Positions 40,801-51,700 of a DNA stretch of 64,000 nt are shown here, piece by piece (positions within the stretch are counted from its first letter, which is position 1; every line of letters begins with the position of its first letter). Origin of the DNA: Ophelia neglecta (taxonomy: Eukaryota); the NCBI GenBank assembly GCA_965285935.1, contig OZ260667.1, forward strand, positions 16,368,001-16,432,000. The letters are read 5' to 3'. The notes under the pieces are model-generated. The model saw only the letters and a program-made list of their open reading frames with translations, was not told the origin of the DNA and searched no databases. The translations under genes were made by a program, and so were the position numbers.

Positions 40801-43800
40801 TGTACTGGAGGAGTGTGTTTATGTAACATCGGTTACCAAGTAAGCTTGGACAATTCGACATGTATCATAAGAAAGATTGGTGATGCTACCTGCTCCACTG
40901 AATTGGATTGCTCAGCTGCAGTTGCTCAGAGTAACTGCACCAATTCAGTTTGTCAGTGTGTTTTTGGTTTCTCTCAGAACTTAGACAACAGCACTTGTAG
41001 CCAGTACTCAATAGGGGGCAATATTACTTGTGTAGCGGATGTCGAATGTTCGCTGGCGATCTCGAATAGCTTCTGTAATCACACCGGAACCTGTGAGTGC
41101 CTTACTGGTTATTATGTCAGTGGTGGAGGAACAGAGTGTAAGCGATTTACAATCGGTGGTGGAACGTGTATTTCTAATCAAGAGTGCATAGCCGCAGTAC
41201 AAAACAGTTCGTGTGTGTCCGGTTCGTGTGTATGTCATTCTGGGATGTACCCAACATCAGATAACACCACATGTATCCCTCGGTCTATCGGCGATATGTG
41301 CGTAGTGGATGACGACTGCGGGGACTCAATTGCTAGTTCTCTTTGCGTTTCAGGCGTGTGCGCATGCGCATCTGGGTATCTAGAAAACAACAACGGGACA
41401 ATTTGTACAAAACGGAAAATTGGTGACCCCACATGTCTCGTCAAAGCTGATTGTAATGATGCAGTTGAAAACAGTAATTGTACAAGCGGAATTTGCACCT
41501 GCAACTCTGGATACCAAGTGTTGTCAAACAACACCATTTGCCAAATTAGGAAAATAGGAGATGATACGTGTAGGGTTGAAATTGACTGTTCCGCCGCCGT
41601 ACAAAATAGCAACTGTACTGGGGGAGTATGCACTTGTATTGATAATTATTTTGCTAATCCTGATGGTTCTGTGTGTAATAGCTTTATAATAGGAGGAAAT
41701 ATGACTTGTTCCAGCAACTCTCAATGCTCAAATTCTGTGAACAACAGTTTCTGTGATACCGCTTTTTGTCAGTGTCTAAGCGGCTATTATTCCTCTGCAG
41801 GAGGGACACAGTGTCTCAAGCACTCAATAGGCGGCGCTGGCATTTGCATCCAAAATGTCGCTTGCACATCTGTAATAAGCAACAGTCAATGTATCGGTGG
41901 AAATTGTCTGTGCCAGCCCGGTTATCTGACTAATGCAGATAACTCAACCTGCACACTGAGAATCCTGAATGACGCTTGTGTTACTAATTCAGATTGTGAG
42001 GCGGCTGTAACAAACAGTACCTGCCTAAGTGGGACATGTCAATGTAAATCTGGATATCAGAAGAACGCAGGCGGCACGATTTGCACCCTACGTAAAATAG
42101 GGGACACCACGTGTATTTCTGGTGCTGACTGTTTTACTGCCGTCGCTAACAGTCGCTGTCTGTTAGGTGTTTGTGTGTGTCACGATGGGTACAAGGCTAG
42201 CACTGACAACACACAGTGCATAAAGAGGAATATCGGTGACACATGTACAGTTACTACTGGTTGTTCTGCAGCAATTTCTAATAGCGATTGCACTAATGGC
42301 ATATGCGCATGCGTGGCAGGATACCTAGGGAACAACGACGACACGTCATGTAACCGTGTCACAATTAATGGTGCAGTGGCCTGCGCCCTTCAGTCGGATT
42401 GCTCAGATAACATAGACAACAGTATCTGTGACTCGTCTAAGTGTATTTGTCGTACAGGTTTTTACCCAACAAACAGTGCCACCAAATGTACCAAGTTTAC
42501 AATAGGAGAAGGCACATGCGCAAAAGAGATCGACTGTTTGGCAGCCATTGCTGATAGCAATTGCACGTCCGGGACCTGTCAATGCGTGCTAGGGTATCAT
42601 GCAGACGACACAGGCAAAAGGTGCAAAAAGAGAACCTTGGGTGACACCTGTTCCACGAATAATGACTGCTCAGTGGTCATTTCCGGTACATACTGCGCTG
42701 GAGGAGTTTGTACATGCCAAGCCGGATACCAGGAGGATGGCGAAGAATGCTCCAAACGTTTGGTAGGAGATAACTGTACCTTGGTTGTCGATTGCTTAGC
42801 GGCGATAGCCAATAGCAAATGCTCCGATGGAGTATGTTCATGTGCGGAGGGTTTCAGGGTGAGCGTCGACCAGAAGTTTTGTAACAGGAACACCATAGGA
42901 TCGGCGTGTACCACCAACTTAGACTGTCGAATACTGTCAAGCAGTAATTGTACTGGTGGCAACTGTATATGTTACCCAAAGTATGCGAGTAATGAACAAG
43001 GTTCGGCATGTTTAATGTACCCCCTAGGCCACCCATGTACAAGCTCAGATCAATGTGCGGCAACCGTTGCAAGTTCTTCTTGTTCAGAAGGCAGGTGCGC
43101 CTGTAGCCTTGGTTACCTTGTAAGAGGCAGCCAGTGCAACCCCTTAAAAATTGGCGAAGGTTTTTGCACCAGTACGTCTGCCTGTGAGGCGGTGATGTCC
43201 AAAAGTGAATGTCGCAATGGCACATGTCAATGTGTCACAGGTTACAAGGTTGCCGTCAACAACACCAGATGCACCGCCAACAACCTCTCGGACAAATGCA
43301 AGGCAGACAACGATTGCTCAACTGTAGCAAATTCTGTCTGCGCAGGGGGCGTCTGCCAGTGTCACTCAGGCAAGATTAACCATACTTCTAGACTCCTGTC
43401 CACATTCCATATCTCATTTGAAACATCTCTGATTAAAGGAATAGTAAAAAACGAACTATTTGTCATCTAAACAAGAATAAATAAAATCCAAAATCAACAA
43501 ACGTGGCAGAGCTCTATCCTTTAAATTTCAAAGTTAATGATGGAACGACAACAATACTTTTCTCTTGTTTTAATTGTTGAAAATAGCTTTCTCTTGTTAT
43601 GATGTTAAAAATCAAATGAGATTATTACCAAGAAGTGTATTGAAAAACTCTATATAACTTTTCTGTGGAACAATCATATTTTAACAAACTACCAAACAAC
43701 AATACTTGTATCAATACCAACTGCTGATGGCGATTCGATATTCAAATAATATATATTATTTTTGATCAGAATACAAGCAAACAACATCAAACGTCTGTAC

Positions 43801-45183
43801 CGAAATACCAAAGACAATCGGAAGTCCATGTACAAACACTTCAGACTGTATCTCAGACATCCCAGGGTCTGTTTGTGATGCCAGTGGCAAATGCGCATGT
43901 CCGGATGACACCGGTTTCAAAACAGACCAATGCGGTAAGAACTCGGTCCATAATCGTTTTATTGTGGCCATATTGATTTTAATAATGTGCTTTTAGAGCA
44001 TAACATGCAGGACTTGATGTACGATGTACGATGTACGTCTAAAATGAACCATTTTAAAATAAGGAAATGATGTTAACTTATCTGTATTAATCGAATGCTG
44101 AATTTTGTTTCGTTTAGAACAAATTCGTGCAGTACCTTCAACGAAAAGGTAAGCTTAGACTTTATCCATGGCTGTTCTTATATCGTGCTCCTTTCACATA
44201 TGTTGAACAAGTTTATTAATAGAAAAATTGCCATGTTTTTTATGCTTGTTATATGTTCTGGTCTTTCCAGTTGCCCCGATAGTGATGTGATATGCAAACA
44301 TCCGTGGATAAGTAAAAACTGTTTCAACATAAGCCAATAATGCTCGCCGCTAAATTGCGTTAATTATATATATACGTATATATATATACTGAAATAACTA
44401 ATATATACAACTGAAATATGGTTATTGTTTTCATTCGTAGTTGCAGTCATAGTATTGGGACTATTAGCTATAATCGTGGCATTTGTGTTGTTATATCACC
44501 TTTATGGAAAGAATTTTTGGATGAAAAGTCGAAAACATACGTAAGTAGATGTGTCCAAGCAATCACAAGGGACATCACCATAAAGAAGTCACATATCAAA
44601 TTGATAATCAGCGGTCTATTTTGGGAAAAACGTGAACATCGTTTGCTAATCCCTCTACTTTACGTCTAGTAGATCTATCACTCCTACGTCGACCTACTCC
44701 TACAAACATAAGAAGATGTTTGACTGGGAGAAGCGCCCGCCACACGGGCAGCTGGTCATGTATGAGAGTGCCGAACTGAAGGAACCAGACGACATGATAG
44801 GTTTGGTTTTAGGACGTTTCCCGCAGATAGGATCAAATATCTCTCTTTCACTTTGCCTGTTTTGAACATTTACCAAATAGTCACAGTGTTTTCATAATGT
44901 AAACTAAACAATTTCTCATTCCAAAGCCAATCCTCCTGGTATTATTCAAATATCTGATTTCATCGCGTGACAAGGATTAATTCGTGTACAACTAAATATT
45001 TTGTTGAAAACAATACCCATCATTATCATGGCAAATCATGCATAATAACAAATGGTATAATTATTAATGTATACATTTTCAGATAGTATAGTTTTCAAAG
45101 ACAATAGTTTCCTGACTAAACCAGAAGTTGTTCGAGGAGAATCTCCCATGATTACCAAAAGCCTTGCCGCCGTCGATTCATAG
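34793..45183 (+). CDS. Paralogue A: type-I membrane protein, SP + 2 LDLa-like + 28 six-Cys EB/EGF-like modules + TM + tail, ~1500 aa; join(34793-34859, 38650-38760, 38930-39076, 39201-39368, 39580-39723, 39889-40017, 40202-43369, 43770-43934, 44118-44148, 44271-44311, 44441-44540, 44670-44800, 45083-45183)
   Basis: Exons sum to 4503 nt, open to TAG at 45181-45183; every exon has a counterpart of matching phase in paralogue B. Confidence 0.85.
38150..38312. repeat. 85-bp tandem duplication
   Basis: tgtca(g/c)tggtaga(t/c)ggtctcgg...atttagctgcgcatgcaaaatt at 38150 and 38235. Confidence 0.85.
38650..38760 (+). CDS. Gene A exon 2, LDLa-like module 1
   Basis: [33 protein letters not shown]; same 111-nt length as B exon 2. 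Confidence 0.9.
38930..39076 (+). CDS. Gene A exon 3, LDLa-like module 2
   Basis: [46 protein letters not shown]; ttttcag acceptor, C|gtgag donor. Confidence 0.88.
39201..39368 (+). CDS. Gene A exon 4, Cys-rich module
   Basis: KIIGLSC...[10 protein letters not shown]...CYCLWGWY...NCTR; homologous to B exon 4. Confidence 0.88.
39580..39723 (+). CDS. Gene A exon 5, Cys-rich module
   Basis: MLGDSCPD...DC...[17 protein letters not shown]...CVK; 144 nt as in B. Confidence 0.88.
39889..40017 (+). CDS. Gene A exon 6, Cys-rich module
   Basis: [34 protein letters not shown]...CSQ; 129 nt as in B. Confidence 0.88.
40202..43369 (+). CDS. Gene A giant exon 7: 24 tandem six-Cys modules (IGDxCxxxxDCxxAVxNSxCxxGxCxCxxGY...C)
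   Basis: ORF 40222-43470; acceptor tttttactag| at 40201; GC donor CAG|GCAAGA at 43370, at the position of the GT donor in B. Confidence 0.93.
43770..43934 (+). CDS. Gene A exon 8, last Cys module
   Basis: [10 protein letters not shown]...[11 protein letters not shown]...[10 protein letters not shown]...QC; G|gtaaga donor. Confidence 0.85.
44118..44311 (+). CDS. Gene A micro-exons 9 (44118-44148) and 10 (44271-44311), juxtamembrane stalk
   Basis: [11 protein letters not shown]|[13 protein letters not shown]; matches B ...ICKYPWI. Confidence 0.75.
44441..44540 (+). CDS. Gene A exon 11, transmembrane helix
   Basis: [19 protein letters not shown] followed by basic residues; AC|gtaagt donor. 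Confidence 0.88.
44670..44800 (+). CDS. Gene A exon 12, cytoplasmic tail
   Basis: [43 protein letters not shown]; NAGNAG acceptor. Confidence 0.85.
45083..45183 (+). CDS. Gene A terminal exon
   Basis: [16 protein letters not shown]...AAVDS*; AATAAA at 45230, 45666 and 45676. Confidence 0.85.
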
Positions 45184-48100
45184 CAACACATCGATCTATG
45201 AACAGATGTGCTTCCGAATATTCAAGATGAATAAAATTATAAGGTATTAAGAGCACATTGTATTAAACCATGCATTAAGTGATGCACGCAGACGTCTTTC
45301 GTGATTATTATTCGTGTTTTGATGGTGATGTGTTATGCTTAATACTGGTGCTTTATGGTGAACGGCACCAATACATTCCGACAACAAGAAGCGAAAACAG
45401 ATCATGAAGATGATCAATTGTACCTACCGCATATATTAATTAGTTTTGCTAGAAGGGTTAAAACGTCGATGACTTCCATCGTATGTACACGCTGGGGGGC
45501 TTGTATGTTATTGTATTCCATTATTCATATTTTATGTATTGGAAACCCGAATTTTTAATAAGTTGAATCTTTAATAGTGTTTATATCCTGATAATTAAAA
45601 TAGGTGGTGTTAAAAATATATTTATGTATAAGCAATAGAAAGGCTTATGTTCTTTTCTTGCTCTGAATAAATGTGAATAAAGAATGCCGAGTTAAAATTA
45701 GTTGGTAATATATTCTAATGGCACTTTTTAATGGTTAGCATCTGACGTTAAACCCGACAGGACCCATTAATATCTAAGGCCAGAGGGACACCAGGACCAC
45801 ACGCTTTTGGGGAAGGCCCTAAAGAAACTGATAAGATATTGTGTGCAGTAAATATATAGTTATTATCCCATAGAGCCTTTGTCCCCCGATGGAAGTTGGC
45901 ACTATGTAAAGTTTAAGCTGTGACAGATGGGGAAGCCCTTTCTCTAAACGCATTGCAACTTGATAGCTACGTATCATATTGGTGGTTTACATAACAATAA
46001 AGTAGTGTTGCGTAACATTGTAAAAAAGGTCGGTGGAATGCTGCTAAATGTAATATTGATAAATTCCATCAGTAGTACAGCCTTCAATTTAGTTTTTTTC
46101 ATCGAACTAGGAGCAATGATTGCGAGCTTTCAACACTACAACATTGGAAATGAATAAAAAATCATTGATGTATCATTGATATACTTCTTTATAACAATAT
46201 ACCGATAAACCTTGTAAGCCATGTCCTAACCTTTATCTATCGCTGTTGTAGGCGAATACCATTTTCAGATTTGCATCTTCGAGTCCAGCTGTGTTGTGAC
46301 AATGCTGAAATGCAGTAGACTAATTCACAGAGTCATTACAATTTAGTATAATATAACTATCACCTTTTGGTTCTGGAATATTTAAGTTCCATCGACAAAA
46401 CGTAAATAATAGATGTAGATAGACATTTAAGCCACCTCATATGTGTATGCGATTGATATTGTAAAGAAGCTAATTATCTTAACGTCCAAAAGAGGGGGAG
46501 GGTGATGGGGGGGGGGGGGTTGGTAGAAAAACAACAATAGCCATGACAATCCAACACAGTTATAAACAACCAATTGGAACACCCTCATGGGTTCTAATTC
46601 CACTTTTTTAACTATCAAATGTGCACAAATTCAAAAAGGATGTTAACTGTATTCTAATACAGAGGATGGAGGTGGGTAAGTGGGTGGGTGGTATGTGGCA
46701 GGTTCAAATAATCAGCGGAATCTCTGATAGCGAAGTCACATAATTGGCGCGGCCTCTGTCAGGGGGTGGGGGTTCATTTAAAATTTCACCAACCCCGGAG
46801 CAAGGAACTCCCCCCCCCCGCCTCATCGGCAGTAAATGACCACCGCAGAAATATTAAGCAATATGCTCGGGCCTCGAACCCATAGTAAGGCTGCTGTACT
46901 TGATAATAATGTAACCGCATATTAGGTTTAAACACCGAGGTATCCGAGGCCTACCTAGTGCCTGCTCTTTAAAGTGAAGCCCCTATAATGTCTGTGGTGA
47001 TTGTACCTTCTATGTTATTACTGTATTTCTATACGTTTAATTTTTTTGTTCTTAGACAGGTTTGTAGATAGAAATTTAAACAATTGCCTATACCATATTG
47101 AACGTTGATATATAAATCATTATTTTCCGGATCTTATCGTGGTTGTACGGCGGTTATATTTAACTTGGTGCAAGCATAGTAAGAATTTTATAATAGTTTG
47201 CTGCGTAATTGTTTCTTGGCCATATGAAACTCCATCTGTACCACGAGGGGTAAAAACCATAAAAACTACGATCAGGATGTATGTGCACATGATCGGTTGT
47301 CTAATAATAGTATCAACCCATTTATAGATTTAGTCACACAAACTTATTCCTTATTTGCGTTGCTATGGAAATGGAAATTTACATTTGTCTACTGGGTGGT
47401 TATTTACACGCTGTGGTTTATGTAAATAGATCATATCCCTAATGAGACTTGTGAGTCATTGGATTATAATATTTTACTTGTCGGCAGGACTGGAGCATGT
47501 AAACTTATTAGACGAATCTATAGATAGCTGAAAATCTCATAGGCCTAGGCCTATATTGATAGGCCTAGGATTTTGTCTGTCTGTGTTAAATGTCCCAGGA
47601 TTGTAACTTTCGCAAATACCATACAAGCTTTGGAATATAAAATGCTAACATTCCCATGTCTATAAAATGCCCTTCCCTGTCAATAAATAGGCAATATAAT
47701 AGATTGCTTTCGAAGGCAAATCCGATATGAAAGGCTTGTTTATCGCTCTTTAAGCATAGCACATTCAACTTTCTCCAACAGTTATCTAATGCACATTATT
47801 GACTTAGTCAAATATCAACATAGTTTGTCACTGTGCCGACTCGACACTGCTTAGAAAGGCATTTCACTGCACGACTCTCGAGGAACAAACATTAGTAGCT
47901 CAGTCACGGGAAATGAGCGACGCTATATATTGATCTTTGTCAACTGATTTGTACTTTTCAATGGCTTGAGATTTTTTTGGCTGATGAGCACCATTCAATA
48001 TGGATTGACACGATATTGGTTCGATATATTTCAAGCCCGTTGCGCAATGTATGTACAGAATATGTTCAAATAAAAGAAAAAAAATCTTTATGATTGAGAT

Positions 48101-48614
48101 GCGTCCTACGCAAATAAGGATATTGATGAAGTTACAATTGCCGACATAATAAAACGTAGCTGATCAATATTTCTCTAAAGATATCTTAAAATTCTTCCAT
48201 CGAGTTTGCTTGTTGAGACATCCATCGGGTTTGCCAAGACTGGCCTATTGAATTTAAAGCAAAGTTTTCCGTAGTCATGGCGTGAAAGTAAAGTGATCGC
48301 AGATAGCACCTAGGCCTATGCGCAATACGGCCGAGCACATTTTGTGAAATCCAGTAAAGTAATTCATGTGTGATCAGAATAACCACTATGGCTGAACAAA
48401 TAGTGAAAGGAAAGTATCCATTTGGTAATTTTCGATTTTAGAACAATTAATATTCATCGGACCAGTCAGCTGATGTCAACGGAATCATCGTTCTCAGGCG
48501 CAAGCGTGGTTACTTTGGTTAACAGTTAGTGAAACAATTCAACCAAAGATCACCAAATTTGAGTTGATGTGAAGGATGAAACATATACTTTAAGTGGTGA
48601 ATCCAAACAGGAAA

Positions 48615-48720
48615 ATGGATTCAAACTTTAAAAGAAAGAATATGAGTTTAGTTTTAAGGGATACCTGTTTCTTTAGTCTTCCCTTTGTCTTGGTGCTATT
48701 ATTTTGTCTGATCACTAGAG
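48615..48720 (+). CDS. Gene B exon 1, signal peptide (MDSNFKRKNMSLVLRDTCFFSLPFVLVLLFCLITR)
   Basis: Hydrophobic core, G|GTAAGT phase-1 donor; the second Met may be the true start. Confidence 0.75.
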
Positions 48721-51700
48721 GTAAGTCAAATGAGCCTAATTGATAATATTTCTTATTCTATCTTCATTCTATATAACTTGATATATGCATTGGTTAACTT
48801 TATATTAAGGTTGTTCAAAGTTTAGACACTGTCGTTTATGACTAAAAATGTTTTGATTTTATTACACGAATTAGAAGTTTTTAGAGAAGTACATATTCTA
48901 TATATTATAGAAGGAAACTTTTGTTATGATTTTTCTAGTAACATCAGCCACAAGGCTATAGCTAATTTGTATGTTTTGTGTGTTTGGTTTGTAGTTGATG
49001 GTCAATGCAATCCCACAACAGAATTCAACTGTACGAACACAAACTGTATCCCGCTTTCCAAAGTAAACAACACAGTTAATGATTGCGGAGATAACTCTGA
49101 TGAAGGTAGGTTGTAAATAATTAAGCCCTTACCTTTACCGCCAACCTTCTTTAGCAATAGAATTCAAAAGATACGTCATTGTATAAAAGTGACATCAATA
49201 TTGGTTGTTTCATAACAATAATTTCACTCAATATTGACGTTAGTATTTAACTCTTTCTTACTGATACTCTTCTTTCTTAGCTCTATCAACCTGGTGCCCA
49301 AAAGATACCGACGCAAGCGGAACTGAATACTGGCAATTTCATTGCCACTACGGCTTGGACGTGTGTCATGTTATCGTTCCGGGGTTGATTCCCATTCTCG
49401 ATGGCACGCCAGTCTGTGAAGACAAAAGTGATGAAAGTAAGTAAAGATAATCACGGCACTTTGGTCACAGCTAATAGCATATTCGCGGCATTTTTGATGG
49501 TGCGCGTGGTATATATATATAGAGCCTATAACTGTAAATAATTATGACATATATGCTGCCTCTTAATATTTTTTTTTAATTTCAGGAAAAATCGTAGGCT
49601 CTATTTGTAGGCCATTGTTTGATGTGTTTTACGACATCGAGTGTCACGACTGGGTGGCGGATTCGGAATGTGTAGGGGCCCTTGCTGTTCCCCCATTTAC
49701 GCCCGGCATTTGTTACTGTTCTTTGGGATACATGACTAACGATATCTTCACTACCTGTACAAAACGTAAGCAGTTTACAATAGAACACATACTTTATACA
49801 TGTAACACAAACTAGGTGTCGGCCTACTGTTTTTTTTTAACGTTTTATTCATCTTACAAGTTGACGCTCAGAATCAGAAATATTATGTAACCTGTTACTT
49901 AGGTATGTATTTTTCTATATATGATCTTTAAAAGTTATATGAACAATCTAGACTACTGATGATTAGGTTTTCAATAAAATAGAATTGATGTGTCCGAAGT
50001 AAGGGACTCGAACTCGTGTGGTTTCAGCGGCCTCAGGATTATATATTTTTAGGGTTGCCCTGACCTGAACACAAATAAATCTGACCGTGCTTTGATTATT
50101 GTCCCGAGTCAACTAACCAGCGTTATTGCCAGTATGAAATTGTTGTCTGTTGCATGGCCAAGTCAATCAGAAGAGGTGTGATGTGAACTGCATGGGGGTG
50201 CAAGTTCAAAGTCAAATCCTGACCCCATTACCCTAACTTTCGGCGCAGGATGTGCAGCTGTTTCGTGCCTCACTCTAACCCTTCCCTATCTTTCCAAATG
50301 TCAACCTCCACCGGCTCCGCCAGCCCCGCTCATTGTTTGTAGCTCTTTTGAACAGTTAAAATCCTAATTACGTGATGCCCGATTTCAAGACGAGGTCAGA
50401 CGTTACGTATTATATAACAAGCTACGGACGTCACGTATAGCAAGCTATTCACACATAATAGGGATATTGTAAGTAATAATTTATCAGGTCTTAAAAGAGG
50501 ACGATAGGCAACATGGCCTAGGGCATAGCACAAAATGCATGTTTCTGGTGAATTTCTTTCAGAGAAGTTGATATTTCTTGTCCGAATTAGAAAGCCTACA
50601 ATATTGAATTGACAATTCACAGTTTGACCCGTTCAGAATAGTGAAATAAACCATTCGGTTTTCACGATGAGTTAACCCGGCTGTTTACTGAGAGTCCCGG
50701 CTATATATCTGTAACACACGTATCACACGCTGGTGTCATTTCCGGACTGCTATTACTATATGTAGGCCTATAAGCTTACAGGCCTATCTCAAACAAGTGG
50801 TTAAAAGTTTGATTTTCGGCAGTGGTGGCTGCAATGCAGAAAACGCTTGAAACGAACAATATCATACTTTCTCATTTTTCTCATAAACTGTTTGGCTATG
50901 TCGTACCAAGGTGTGTTGGGAGATCCGTGTCCCGACGTAAACTCTGACATCGACTGTACGGCTGCTATCGACCTGTCTGACTGCCGAGGGACCCCCTCCA
51001 CCTGTGAGTGTCAGTACGGATGGTACGCCACCAACTCAACACACTGTGTAAAGCGTGAGTATTAGTACATGTATATGTGGTAAAACTCCTCCCTTTATCC
51101 GCCAAGTAAGCCTGTCAAAGATTTGTAAAGGGACGTTACGGTATTCTATGATTTCGGACAGTTTTAATAGAACGTTTTTGATTAAAGATTTTGCATTTTC
51201 TGCCGAGTATACACTACGGCCTGTCTTGTTTCAGCGACCGGATGCGGGTGATAAAGGCATAAATAGCCGCACCGGTTTCTGATATACATTCGTCTAATTT
51301 TAAAAGTTGACCGATATTATGGGCATTATTGTTAAATAATTGTTTTCACGTGCACCGTACATCCGATTATTTGCCTGGATAGGCTAAGTCGTAACATTAT
51401 AGGCATATTTTACACGATGACTGCGTGATAAGGAAGTACATTTCTTTATATTCATATTTGTGTTTGGTCAGTGTTTAATATGGGATTATGCACTATGACG
51501 TATAATACCACTGTTTATGTTGTAATTGATATATTCAGGTGAGTTACATGACAATTGTACGATCAATCAGGACTGTTACCCGGCGGTTGCTGACAGTAAC
51601 TGCACAAACAACGAGTGTCTGTGTAACTCAGGGTGGATGGAAACCGTTATCACCGACTGCACCAAGAGTAAATAACGCTTTTTATGAGAAAATATGGTCC

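Noticed and set aside
49995-50030. B-box-like cgagttcgagtccc on the minus strand
   Set aside because: No full tRNA structure; at most a SINE fragment.
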